A stretch of DNA of 64,000 nucleotides from a phage, in the sequence record PZ452598.1; one strand, given 5' to 3'. Below are positions 18,977 through 27,783 of this stretch, piece after piece. The number at the start of each line of letters is the position of its first letter. Position 1 is the first letter of the stretch. The position numbers and the translations under genes were made by a program. The notes beneath the pieces were generated by a model, which was given only the letters and a program-made list of their open reading frames with translations, did no database searches and was not told the origin of the DNA.

Positions 18977-19277
18977 TTTCTTCTCGGTCAAATCGGTGTT
19001 TACAATGGCGACATTTATAACGAAGATTATTAGTCTGCCAATGGACCAATTGCACCTGTTCAGTTCCACATTCAGGGCAATTAGGAACGTTTTTAGAAGC
19101 CCTTTCGCGACGTTCAACCATGACCATTACAGAATCCCAATTAACAGGAGGGCTATAATCATCACAACCATAAATCTTTCCACGCATTTCCAGATCGTCT
19201 TCTTCACCAGCCATAATAATTTTAATTAGACTAGAATTACTTGAAGCTGCAATGTCTTCTAATAGACGCTTTTTCAT
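18963..19277 (-). CDS. hypothetical zinc-ribbon protein (104 aa)
   Basis: CPECG...CRHCKHRF four-cysteine ribbon. Confidence 0.5.
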
Positions 19278-20200
19278 TTCAATACCTCAATAGCATTACG
19301 TAAACCATTTGCTTTGGCGGTTAAATCCTTAAGAACTTTAGTATGCTCTTCAATCTGTTTTTCAACTTCAATCAAACGGGTACTGAGATATTCGCGTTCT
19401 TCTTTCATAGTATCATTCCCATGATTGGGCTTTGGCGTAGGTTTAAATTTATTAGGGTCCTTTAACTTAATAACAACTTTAGTTTCAAACAGTGAAAGAC
19501 CATAATTCGTATTATCATCAAAGGATTCAACTACGTCCATTTTAGACAATAACGTACGAAGATTATAAGTCAAAGAACGAATCGTTTTATTATGTTTATT
19601 AGCTTCACATGGTTTCATATATGGAAGATTTTTATATATTTCATGCGGAGCACAAACAATAATTAACAATTCAAATGGTCCATTCTGTGATGATGGAATG
19701 AATTTAGCCGTAACCCAATCTTTTACATTTACATTAATAGTACGATCATCGCCATGACAAAACAGTCTACGAGAATGCTTAAAAAGCATATTCACATTAT
19801 TATTAAATTCGTGTGAAAACTCACTGGCAAATTTTTCTTTACTATCTTTAGAAAACCATTCTTCTAAATAAGTTCTTTTCACGTCGTTAATAATATTAAA
19901 TGTAACAACATTATCATTTGATACATTAGTCTCAATGTAGCTTGGATACATAAATTTTTTAACATTATTAACAGCTATCACAGAAGATAGTAATCGGGAA
20001 CGTTTGAACCACTCGAGCAAAGAACCAAGAGAATGTGAATACGCATTTTGTGTATCTTTACAAATATGGTTTTCCCATCCAATATAGTCTAAAAAATCAC
20101 GAAGAATATTATTGATTACTTCTCTATGTCCTTTCTGATAATCACGATGTTTAGTAATAAGACTGTCAAAATAATCAATATAATGTTTACGAGTTTTCAT
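19274..20200 (-). CDS. paralog-family protein A (308 aa), C-terminal coiled coil
   Basis: shares motif pattern (L..LL.KMDVV) and coiled-coil tail with three neighbouring ORFs. Confidence 0.55.
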   Translation of the reverse strand: MKTRKHYIDYFDSLITKHRDYQKGHREVINNILRDFLDYIGWENHICKDTQNAYSHSLGSLLEWFKRSRLLSSVIAVNNVKKFMYPSYIETNVSNDNVVTFNIINDVKRTYLEEWFSKDSKEKFASEFSHEFNNNVNMLFKHSRRLFCHGDDRTINVNVKDWVTAKFIPSSQNGPFELLIIVCAPHEIYKNLPYMKPCEANKHNKTIRSLTYNLRTLLSKMDVVESFDDNTNYGLSLFETKVVIKLKDPNKFKPTPKPNHGNDTMKEEREYLSTRLIEVEKQIEEHTKVLKDLTAKANGLRNAIEVLK

Positions 20201-20254
20201 GTTCTTCTCACTTGGTTAATGATTTATACTCCGAGCCATCCTTGGCTTTAAATT

Positions 20255-21256
20255 TTACTTAATTAACTGCAAAGCTTGTTCTAGACGATCAAGACGATTA
20301 ACGGATTCTTCCCAAATCTTTTTAGCCTGCTCATATTCTTTCTGCGCTTTATTAGAAATTTCTAGAACTTCTTTATAAGCTTTTTCTAGTGCAATAACTT
20401 CTGGACGAATTTCTATCGGTTCAGGTGAATCATCAAGACATTCCATTAGTTCCTCAAGGGTAGTTTCTTCTTTAGGAGTATTCACAATTTCATCACATTT
20501 TTGTTGGTAAATTTCTTTACTAGTAGGTGAATAAGCACATTTCACTTCACGAAGGCTAATTACGAGTTTATATCCTTCCCAACCGCATATATTCTTAAAA
20601 GGATATGTATGAATATTTTCTACTGTTTCCATACAAAGTAATGCGGTCTCTAATTGACGAGTTATAGTGCTAGCAATTGAGAAAAATTTATTAATATTCT
20701 TTTGGTTAGTTTCTGGTGTAAAAAATCCATAATTCACAAAAATAGATACTTTATTTTTATCAAGTTCATATTCTTTTATGATAATCATATCAGAAGCCAA
20801 AGGATGAATTTGACGATAATCGCCATAACATAATTTAGAAGCTGATTTTAGAATTTGCTTCTTGAAAAGTCTGAAATTACTAATCCAACGACGAGTAAAA
20901 ATATTCTCAGGGTCTTCTTTATTATTGAGATGATAAGAATTAACATCACCGAACCAATTATATCCTACTACATCTTTAGTTCGTTTAATTTCTTTCCCAA
21001 AATTACCAAGAATATCCCGATTAACCAAATATGAAAGAAGACGAGACTCTTTAAAGGTTTTCTTGATAACATCTTTATCTACACGGCTAGAAATTTTACG
21101 AATTTCATGAATAAATTTAGTAGAAGAAACAATACTTGCATCAACACTATTGAGCCACTGATTGATAATAGAAAGAACGCTATTTTGGCCAAACATCGGT
21201 ATAGCTTTATCATCAATAACGCTATTGAATGATTTGATATATTCGTTACGAGTCAT
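20255..21256 (-). CDS. paralog-family protein B (333 aa from MTRNEYIKSF; strong GAGGAGA SD)
   Basis: FRLFKKQILKSASKL aligns with FRRQLKQILSTASRL of paralog C; coiled-coil tail. Confidence 0.55.
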   Translation of the reverse strand: MTRNEYIKSFNSVIDDKAIPMFGQNSVLSIINQWLNSVDASIVSSTKFIHEIRKISSRVDKDVIKKTFKESRLLSYLVNRDILGNFGKEIKRTKDVVGYNWFGDVNSYHLNNKEDPENIFTRRWISNFRLFKKQILKSASKLCYGDYRQIHPLASDMIIIKEYELDKNKVSIFVNYGFFTPETNQKNINKFFSIASTITRQLETALLCMETVENIHTYPFKNICGWEGYKLVISLREVKCAYSPTSKEIYQQKCDEIVNTPKEETTLEELMECLDDSPEPIEIRPEVIALEKAYKEVLEISNKAQKEYEQAKKIWEESVNRLDRLEQALQLIK

Positions 21257-21283
21257 ATTAATCTCCTCAGTAGAAAGTAAGAA

Positions 21284-21316
21284 CATTATACCACATCCTT
21301 GTGGCAAAGTAAACTA
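21284..21316 (-). promoter_or_regulatory. early promoter GTTTAC-N18-TATAAT between paralogs C and B
   Basis: plus 21309-21314 gtaaac, 21285-21290 attata; spacer contains CCACAAGGATGTGG. Confidence 0.45.
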
Positions 21317-22336
21317 GTTCAGTGCATTTAGTGCATTGTTCAGTTTAGAACGTTGCTTTGTCAGATTTTGAACCCTTGACTGAGCTTGTTCTAACGCCTT
21401 TTCAGCTTCTAGCACTTCATTGGTCGCTTTAACTAATTCAGCATCTACTGCCTTAAGAGACTTCTCAATCGCATCCGCGTGCCATTTTTCAACAGGTTTA
21501 AGACTTGGATTTTCAACAGGAAGAAAATTCACTTTATTGAATTTCCATGCATCTTTATTACCTGAGCTATACATCCAAAATTTAGGATCGTTTGATAAGT
21601 AATTAGATAAATTTAAGTTATCTTGCACTTCTTGCTTTTTCTCTTGTGTGACTTCGTCCTTTCTCAAAAATTCATATTTAAATGAAACGATCATATCAAG
21701 TTCATATGATGTTGTATCTAACTTAAATCGTTCAAAACGAGGTAAAATCTTAGATTGAACAGCAGCAACAACATCCATATACTTAAATGCTTCTGTCAAC
21801 TGCGATTTAAGGCATTCGCAAATTGAAAGAGAATTTTTTGTATTAGGTTTAAAGCTAATTCGTGCAGTTCTATTATTTTCTTTTAACGGTCTTACTTCCA
21901 TCTGAAGAGTATAACCATCAAATTTCAGATTCTTTAAGTTAATGTCAGAGCCTTTTAATCGACTAGCAGTAGACAAAATTTGCTTTAATTGTCTACGGAA
22001 CAGAGCAATAAATCTCCATTCAATACGATAATGATTTGGATTGAAAAATCCAGATGATAAATCGACCTTACTTTGACCAACGCCTTGAACAAATAGAGGA
22101 TTTTTATAATCAATAGTTTTACAGAAATCGGTGAGCTGTTCACGAGCAGTCATTTGAGTAATATACCCTGCTTTACTAAAATTACGCACCCATTCACTGC
22201 TATTCGTATACTTAAAGTGATGAATAACACGATTAACTTTATCAGGGTCTAAATTATTTTCACACAAAAATGTCATAACATCACGAGTATAGCTGGCATT
22301 ACGAACCATATCTTCAATTTGAGAACGAGTTTTCAT
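21314..22336 (-). CDS. paralog-family protein C (340 aa)
   Basis: see paralog B; MDVV motif shared with A. Confidence 0.55.
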   Translation of the reverse strand: MKTRSQIEDMVRNASYTRDVMTFLCENNLDPDKVNRVIHHFKYTNSSEWVRNFSKAGYITQMTAREQLTDFCKTIDYKNPLFVQGVGQSKVDLSSGFFNPNHYRIEWRFIALFRRQLKQILSTASRLKGSDINLKNLKFDGYTLQMEVRPLKENNRTARISFKPNTKNSLSICECLKSQLTEAFKYMDVVAAVQSKILPRFERFKLDTTSYELDMIVSFKYEFLRKDEVTQEKKQEVQDNLNLSNYLSNDPKFWMYSSGNKDAWKFNKVNFLPVENPSLKPVEKWHADAIEKSLKAVDAELVKATNEVLEAEKALEQAQSRVQNLTKQRSKLNNALNALN

Positions 22337-22344
22337 GGTGTTCC

Positions 22345-23259
22345 TTAAGATTTAAGTAAATCAACAATTTTAATTAACTTTTCACGCTCAGATTTAGCTT
22401 TACTACTCAATCCAGATAGTCTGAAAATTTCATCATCATATTGTTGAATAGAAATATTCAGCTCTTCAATTTGCTTATTAAAATAATCAATTTGTTCAGA
22501 ATGTTTTTCGTTACTACGAACTGGTACAGGTTTTGTAGGCAATTTAGTTGAACTGGATTCATTCGGGCGATAAATTAAAATGCAATTTGAACCAATCGGG
22601 CATTTAGCACCAGATGAATATTCTAACGTTCCAGCTTCTTTTAAAACTTCAAAAGCTAAACAGAGATGATGCCCCATATTAACATAATCAGTAGAGCGAG
22701 CTCTGATGTAATAATCATCTCCACGAGTGCTAAATTTAAAGCATTTAAGGTCTTCTGTATTATTAGTTTTAAAAATCATTTGTTTATCTAGACCTTTAGC
22801 CAATCGAGCACCTAATGCTAATAATCGTCGTTGATTTTCCCACAAATCTGCGATCATTTGGTCAAATGATAATTTCGGCATTAGCCGACCATAAAGGTCA
22901 TATCCTTTATTATAATTGCGAAGGATTTCACTCGCATTAATACGAGACAACGCTCCAATTTTATTAAGGGCTTTCATAATACGATTAGATAAACTCATTC
23001 CAGACCCGTTTGTTCGCTGTAAATGTTTTTCTAATCCAAATCCAATATCAACTTTAAATTTATCTAAAATTTCAGCATGAACATCTCTGTCAATAACATT
23101 CAAATCCAAAGTTGGGTTAAATCTATGAAAAAATTTATCTGGCTCTCCACGACGTAAAACAGTCCATTCATTCATCATTTTTTTATTAACTAAAGATTTA
23201 ATTACTGCGTTGACATTATTAATTACTACTGACATATTTTCCTCACTCAATTTTACCAA
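22345..23259 (-). CDS. paralog-family protein D (304 aa; start may be internal Met)
   Basis: same architecture: globular N-terminal region plus C-terminal coiled coil. Confidence 0.5.
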   Translation of the reverse strand: MVKLSEENMSVVINNVNAVIKSLVNKKMMNEWTVLRRGEPDKFFHRFNPTLDLNVIDRDVHAEILDKFKVDIGFGLEKHLQRTNGSGMSLSNRIMKALNKIGALSRINASEILRNYNKGYDLYGRLMPKLSFDQMIADLWENQRRLLALGARLAKGLDKQMIFKTNNTEDLKCFKFSTRGDDYYIRARSTDYVNMGHHLCLAFEVLKEAGTLEYSSGAKCPIGSNCILIYRPNESSSTKLPTKPVPVRSNEKHSEQIDYFNKQIEELNISIQQYDDEIFRLSGLSSKAKSEREKLIKIVDLLKS

Positions 23260-23644
23260 TTACGCGGAATAAGATTGAACAGACTATATAAGTACCACAT
23301 ATAGATTGAACTAATGCCATTCCAAAGAACCAAACAATATTATCAAACCATGTCTGTTTTACGTCGAAAGGACGTAAACTTACAGTAATATTATCACCTT
23401 TTTCTATTGAAGAATACATCTCTGGGGAAATATATTCACTAAATCTATAACCGTCTTTGAGTTCATATACAGCAATAAACGATAAACTAGACCCCTTTCC
23501 TTGAGTTCCTGTAAGGGTATTAACTACAGTAACATCATAATCTTTATAATGCATATAATCATTAATTGCGTAATAACCATATGCAATTACTATACATAAA
23601 CAACATATCAATAAATTCAATCTTTTAATTATCAACTGTTTCAT
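23243..23644 (-). CDS. membrane-anchored protein (133 aa)
   Basis: N-terminal hydrophobic helix LICCLCIVIAYGYYAI and second hydrophobic segment near C-terminus. Confidence 0.5.
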   Translation of the reverse strand: MKQLIIKRLNLLICCLCIVIAYGYYAINDYMHYKDYDVTVVNTLTGTQGKGSSLSFIAVYELKDGYRFSEYISPEMYSSIEKGDNITVSLRPFDVKQTWFDNIVWFFGMALVQSICGTYIVCSILFRVIGKIE

Positions 23645-23654
23645 AATAATCTCA

Positions 23655-23698
23655 ATTAAAAGGGCTTAGAACCATTATACCATCCTTGGTATAAAGCG
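23655..23698 (-). promoter_or_regulatory. candidate middle/early promoter (GCTTTA MotA-box-like, CCAAGGATGG, TATAAT)
   Basis: minus strand cGCTTTAtaCCAAGGATGGTATAATgg. Confidence 0.4.
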
Positions 23699-23699
23699 G

Positions 23700-24227
23700 T
23701 TATGCGAGTACCGTATTTAACCGTTCTTCAAACTTCCGAAGAGTGTTCTGGCGTTCAGCTCTTTGCTTTTTGTAAGTTTCAATACGCTCTGAAATGAGAG
23801 TGTATCGTTCATTTACTGATTCTTTCATAAAATCAGGAATTTCACGAGAAGCTTTAATCTCGTCAAATTTATCAATAACAGCTTGCTCTTCAGCAATTAA
23901 GTTATCATACATCAAAATATCTTTCTTGATGAACTCAATATCTTCTTGAGTTACACGAGATAATTTAGATGCTTTATCCTTTTTGTACTGTTCGTTAGTA
24001 TCACGAGACCAGTGTAATGTACGATTTTTATTCGTATTCTTGTAAATTTCTACAATACCAATCTCATCGATAATAACGATCCAATTCCAACGGGATTTGT
24101 AAATTTGTCCTCCATTAACAGTGATTTCACCTCCGATTGAGATGTCATTAAAGAACTTGCTTTGTGCTTCTGATTTAAATTTACCATCGTTGTAATTTAC
24201 CAGGTTGAAAATATCTTTAGCGTTCAT
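23700..24227 (-). CDS. hypothetical protein (175 aa from MNAKDIFNLV)
   Basis: ORF track N-terminal extension covers the promoter/leader; start set at first Met downstream of promoter. Confidence 0.5.
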   Translation of the reverse strand: MNAKDIFNLVNYNDGKFKSEAQSKFFNDISIGGEITVNGGQIYKSRWNWIVIIDEIGIVEIYKNTNKNRTLHWSRDTNEQYKKDKASKLSRVTQEDIEFIKKDILMYDNLIAEEQAVIDKFDEIKASREIPDFMKESVNERYTLISERIETYKKQRAERQNTLRKFEERLNTVLA

Positions 24228-24253
24228 TTTGTGTTCCTCCGTAGTTGATAGTT

Positions 24254-24287
24254 GTATAGTACCACAGCTCAAACGGAAAGTAAACCG
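24254..24287 (-). promoter_or_regulatory. early promoter GTTTAC-N18-TACTAT with conserved leader CAACTATCAACTAC
   Basis: plus 24280-24285 gtaaac, 24256-24261 atagta. Confidence 0.5.
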
Positions 24288-24318
24288 GTAAAATGAAAAA
24301 AAGTCTCCCGAAGGAGAC
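24288..24318 (-). terminator. intrinsic terminator: GUCUCC-UUCG-GGAGAC hairpin followed by U7
   Basis: plus gtctcccgaaggagac with aaaaaaa on its 5' side (U-run on minus strand). Confidence 0.6.
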
Positions 24319-24323
24319 TAATG

Positions 24324-24710
24324 TTATTCGAGGGAAAGAAGATACTTACTCTGGTAAAACATTCCAGTAATATCATCTATCGTGCTTTGGATGGCTGGAG
24401 GCATTTCTTTATAAATGCTGTTAGATTGGTCTAGTATGCGATCAATCATTTTAATTGTGTCGGTAGGAAGTTTACTGGCATCTGGAATTGAAGGCGTGTA
24501 TTTTCGACCAGAATACCCCAAATATTGCTCACCAAATTTATCAATCAAATCTGGCAACTCGGAAAAAATAAAATCGTATGCTTTGTGTCTAGCATAACTT
24601 TTAGTTTCAAAATGTGCAGAATGAAAATAAGCTTGTGCAGCCATTAATAAACCTAAGTATTCATCTGCCTTTGAAGGTTTTCCACTTTGTGAAAAGTCGC
24701 TGAATTTCAT
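24324..24710 (-). CDS. hypothetical protein (128 aa; positional rI.-1)
   Basis: ORF downstream of rI. Confidence 0.5.
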   Translation of the reverse strand: MKFSDFSQSGKPSKADEYLGLLMAAQAYFHSAHFETKSYARHKAYDFIFSELPDLIDKFGEQYLGYSGRKYTPSIPDASKLPTDTIKMIDRILDQSNSIYKEMPPAIQSTIDDITGMFYQSKYLLSLE

Positions 24711-25000
24711 TCAGTCTCCAATTTAATGTTCATAATTCTAGCGTATGATTGTGCCATCTCCGCGCCTCGCTCTATACATTCAAAATCAGAAGAGCACGGG
24801 TCATTTTTATAGGTCGTTCTCATAAAACTATAGAATTGTTCAGACGATTCTACGCTTTTATTTTCAAAAAGCATATAAACGTGCCTAATACCAGATTCCA
24901 TAAATTTATCAAAATGAGGATCGACATTCGCTTCAATCGATGGAGATAAAACAAATGACAATCCTAGCATGGCAAAAAGTGCTGTTGCTTTTAAGGCCAT
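24707..25000 (-). CDS. rI: lysis inhibition regulator RI (97 aa, antiholin)
   Basis: N-terminal signal-anchor MALKATALFAMLGLSFVLS; size 97 aa; position next to tk. Confidence 0.8.
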   Translation of the reverse strand: MALKATALFAMLGLSFVLSPSIEANVDPHFDKFMESGIRHVYMLFENKSVESSEQFYSFMRTTYKNDPCSSDFECIERGAEMAQSYARIMNIKLETE

Positions 25001-25012
25001 AAAGGCCTCCTA

Positions 25013-25225
25013 TCATTTTTGTCCTGTATTTACTTTGTGCCGATGCACGGCCTTAACTTTATCAAGGTATTTTTCAAAATTTCGCAATCTAGTATAGTCT
25101 GCCGGAGATTGGTTGAGTGATACTTCTCGACGCAAAGCTGAAATGATATTTCCAACTTCCCTACGAATTTCATCTAATTGAAGAACAGTAAGATTGCGAA
25201 GTTGCTTTTCAGTTAATTGTAGCAT
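25013..25225 (-). CDS. hypothetical protein (70 aa)
   Basis: ORF between tk and rI. Confidence 0.45.
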
Positions 25226-25267
25226 ATATACCCCTTTAGTTAGATAAACCTATTTATAACTTTTGCA

Positions 25268-25849
25268 CTAACCGAGCTTTTTAGTTAATTCATTCCAATG
25301 TTTTCTACACAAAGAAACATAAATTTCATCACCAATACAAATTTGATTACCTTCTTTAACTGGTGTTCCATCTTCCATTAATCGAGCTGTCATAATCGCT
25401 TTTTTACCACAATGACAAACTGCTTTTAGTTCAATAAGTTTATCTGCAATCGCTAAAAGTTCTTTAGAACCTTCAAATAATTTTCCAGCGAAATCAGTCC
25501 TTAGCCCATAAGCCATAACAGGAACATTATATGTATCAACAATTCGGCTCAATTGATGCACCTGTTCAGTTTTTAAAAACTGAGCTTCATCTACAAATAC
25601 GCAATGAATATCTTTTTGTGCTTCAGCCCATTTATAGAACTCGAAAATATCCATATCATCTGTAATAATATTCGCTTCCTGCTTAATTCCAATGCGAGAA
25701 ACGACTTCACAGACAGAATCGCGAGTATCAATAGCAGGCTTAAGAACTAATACACTCATTCCACGTTCTTTATAATTATGTGCAGCAGTCAAAAGAGAAG
25801 CAGATTTTCCAGCATTCATTGCTGCATAAGTAAAAATTAAACTCGCCAT
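25268..25849 (-). CDS. tk: thymidine kinase (193 aa)
   Basis: P-loop NAGKSAS, zinc ribbon CHCGKKA...C..H typical of TK1-family kinases. Confidence 0.9.
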   Translation of the reverse strand: MASLIFTYAAMNAGKSASLLTAAHNYKERGMSVLVLKPAIDTRDSVCEVVSRIGIKQEANIITDDMDIFEFYKWAEAQKDIHCVFVDEAQFLKTEQVHQLSRIVDTYNVPVMAYGLRTDFAGKLFEGSKELLAIADKLIELKAVCHCGKKAIMTARLMEDGTPVKEGNQICIGDEIYVSLCRKHWNELTKKLG

Positions 25850-25850
25850 C

Positions 25851-26039
25851 TTAGTCCTTAGTTAAATTTTCTAAATATGTTTCTAAATCATTTTCAGCTT
25901 TATCGATAGATTTTACTAATTCGTAATATGTTTCGGCATCTCCATATTCAGAAGATATTTCAAAAGACAAATCCTTTTCTAAACTAATAATTTCACCAAC
26001 TAAAAATAATATTTCGTTCTTTTGTTCGCGAGTAATCAT
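25851..26039 (-). CDS. small acidic protein (62 aa), paralog of next ORF
   Basis: REQKNEILFLVGEI... aligns with KEQKDTLFSLIHEV... of 26036-26227. Confidence 0.5.
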   Translation of the reverse strand: MITREQKNEILFLVGEIISLEKDLSFEISSEYGDAETYYELVKSIDKAENDLETYLENLTKD

Positions 26040-26227
26040 AAGGAATTTATATAATCAATGAGTTCTTGTTCTTTATTATCGAATTCTTTAGAAAGTTCTT
26101 CGTACTCGTTTGCGCTAAAAGGACCGCATTCATTACAAACTTTTTCCAATTCACTATTTTTATCCATAACTTCGTGGATAAGAGAAAAGAGTGTGTCTTT
26201 TTGTTCTTTGCTTAAACTCATAACCAT
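26036..26227 (-). CDS. small acidic protein (63 aa), paralog of previous ORF
   Basis: tandem duplicate. Confidence 0.5.
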   Translation of the reverse strand: MVMSLSKEQKDTLFSLIHEVMDKNSELEKVCNECGPFSANEYEELSKEFDNKEQELIDYINSL

Positions 26228-26445
26228 GTCACCTTTAAGCAGTATTCTTCTACATGCTGTTTACGACCTTTCTTATCAATAAAGGTATATTCAACGAATG
26301 TTCCAATGTAGTCTTTATCTACATCATGTGGACTATTAATTGGACATTTAGTGCGACAAATGCGTTCCCATTGACGAATAATTACTGCCTTATTCTTTGG
26401 GTCATATGGATGTGGATAATGTATATTCATAATAATGGTTCCCAA
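26218..26445 (-). CDS. hypothetical protein (75 aa)
   Basis: ORF. Confidence 0.45.
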   Translation of the reverse strand: MGTIIMNIHYPHPYDPKNKAVIIRQWERICRTKCPINSPHDVDKDYIGTFVEYTFIDKKGRKQHVEEYCLKVTWL

Positions 26446-26894
26446 TCAACAATCACAATTTCTAATTTAGAGGAATATGTATCTAAAATCCCCTCAATAA
26501 TATCCCAGTTCCCTTTACCTATGCCTGCACCAATCCTAGGCATATAGATTGTAGGTTTAATCAGTTTATTTTCACCAAACTCATTTAATTCTAACATACA
26601 ATTCATTAAAGCGGAATACTCAAAATTTGGCCCTGGTTGAAATTGAGTATAAAGATTGAAGCAGTAAGCTTTATGAGTCCTAAAGTATTTTTCATAGACT
26701 GAGTAAGAACCGAGTTTAGTTACATCACCCCATTCAGTCTGTAATTTATCAGCTTCCAAAATTTTAGGGAAAGCTTTGGTTAATTGACCCGCTACGCCTG
26801 AACCCATAGTATGAAAACAATTACATCCATGTGCAATATTTTTACCTTCAGCGAAAAGGGCGACAATATCGCCCTTGATATATTTTACAATCAT
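26427..26894 (-). CDS. macro-domain-like protein (155 aa)
   Basis: N-terminal IVKYIKGDI...AHGCNCFHTMGSGVAGQL resembles macro-domain ADP-ribose-binding glycine-rich loop. Confidence 0.45.
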   Translation of the reverse strand: MIVKYIKGDIVALFAEGKNIAHGCNCFHTMGSGVAGQLTKAFPKILEADKLQTEWGDVTKLGSYSVYEKYFRTHKAYCFNLYTQFQPGPNFEYSALMNCMLELNEFGENKLIKPTIYMPRIGAGIGKGNWDIIEGILDTYSSKLEIVIVDWEPLL

Positions 26895-27238
26895 CTAGTA
26901 CTCAATCCTCGATTATAAGAATCTACCAAACGGTCAACCATTGAATGACAAGCGGCTTTATCTTTCTCCTCCGCAACTGAACATTCTAAGGTATTCCACT
27001 TTTTAGCATATCGTTTTAACAATGTATCGTTTTTGTATCTGCTTGATTTATCTCTTTCTCCGTCTTTATATGCATATATTAATTTCTGTGCAAATTCAGC
27101 TTGGCATGCCTTATTTTTCCCACAATAATCTGCCGCAGTGCGGTTTACATATTCTCTAATTTCAGTATATGATGTATCTGCTGACGCAGAAGCAGAAAAT
27201 GAAATTAATCCTATACATAAAACCAAAATTTTAGTCAT
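26891..27238 (-). CDS. secreted small protein with signal peptide (115 aa; positional vs)
   Basis: signal peptide MTKILVLCIGLISFSASASA; four Cys. Confidence 0.45.
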   Translation of the reverse strand: MTKILVLCIGLISFSASASADTSYTEIREYVNRTAADYCGKNKACQAEFAQKLIYAYKDGERDKSSRYKNDTLLKRYAKKWNTLECSVAEEKDKAACHSMVDRLVDSYNRGLSTR

Positions 27239-27776
27239 TTACTATTTCCAAAAGTTTATTATTTTTAAGGTAATTAGCCTTTTCTAGGACTTCAGAAGCA
27301 TATTTAGAACCTGCTTTAACATTCCATCCCGAATTATAAGAGGATATTGCTTTTCTTATATCGCCCTTATGTATATTTAACCAATAAGAAAGTTCAATGT
27401 ACGCCCAGGAAGCTGAATTGGATCGTTTATTCAACATTCTTTTTATTTCAGCATCGGTCATATTATAACCAAGTTCCTTAACTCTTGCTCGCATAGTAGG
27501 CAAATAATTTTGGAACATTCCGTAGGCGTGATGCTTTGGTTTAGATTTTAAATTAACTCCGCCAGAGCTTTCTTGCCATAAAATGGCAGCCATTATATGA
27601 CCTAATCCGCTCTTGTGGATATTTTTGTGTGTTTTATATTTTCCATCCTTAGAAAATTGTTCCCCGAATTGATACGCGTAACGCATGTTATCGAGTTGGA
27701 CATTACTGAAAGTATGCTCGGAGCTATGTGCCATCATTGAAATGGCCAATAGACCAGCGAGTAGTGCTTTTCTCAT
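27231..27776 (-). CDS. secreted lytic transglycosylase-like protein (181 aa)
   Basis: signal peptide MRKALLAGLLAISMMAHS; SLT catalytic-type motif ILWQESSGG and downstream YGMFQ. Confidence 0.55.
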   Translation of the reverse strand: MRKALLAGLLAISMMAHSSEHTFSNVQLDNMRYAYQFGEQFSKDGKYKTHKNIHKSGLGHIMAAILWQESSGGVNLKSKPKHHAYGMFQNYLPTMRARVKELGYNMTDAEIKRMLNKRSNSASWAYIELSYWLNIHKGDIRKAISSYNSGWNVKAGSKYASEVLEKANYLKNNKLLEIVND

Positions 27777-27783
27777 GCTTACC

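Noticed and set aside
20201-20254. TATAAAT-like box upstream of paralog A as a late promoter
   Set aside because: Only 7/8 match to TATAAATA (TATAAATC) in an early-gene context; cannot distinguish from a sigma70 -10 by eye.
24228-24272. N-terminal extensions of ORFs 23700-24272 and 35857-36183 encoding shared peptide GTIQLSTT
   Set aside because: The shared peptide is the translation of a conserved promoter/leader DNA repeat, not coding sequence; starts moved to first Met downstream of the promoter.
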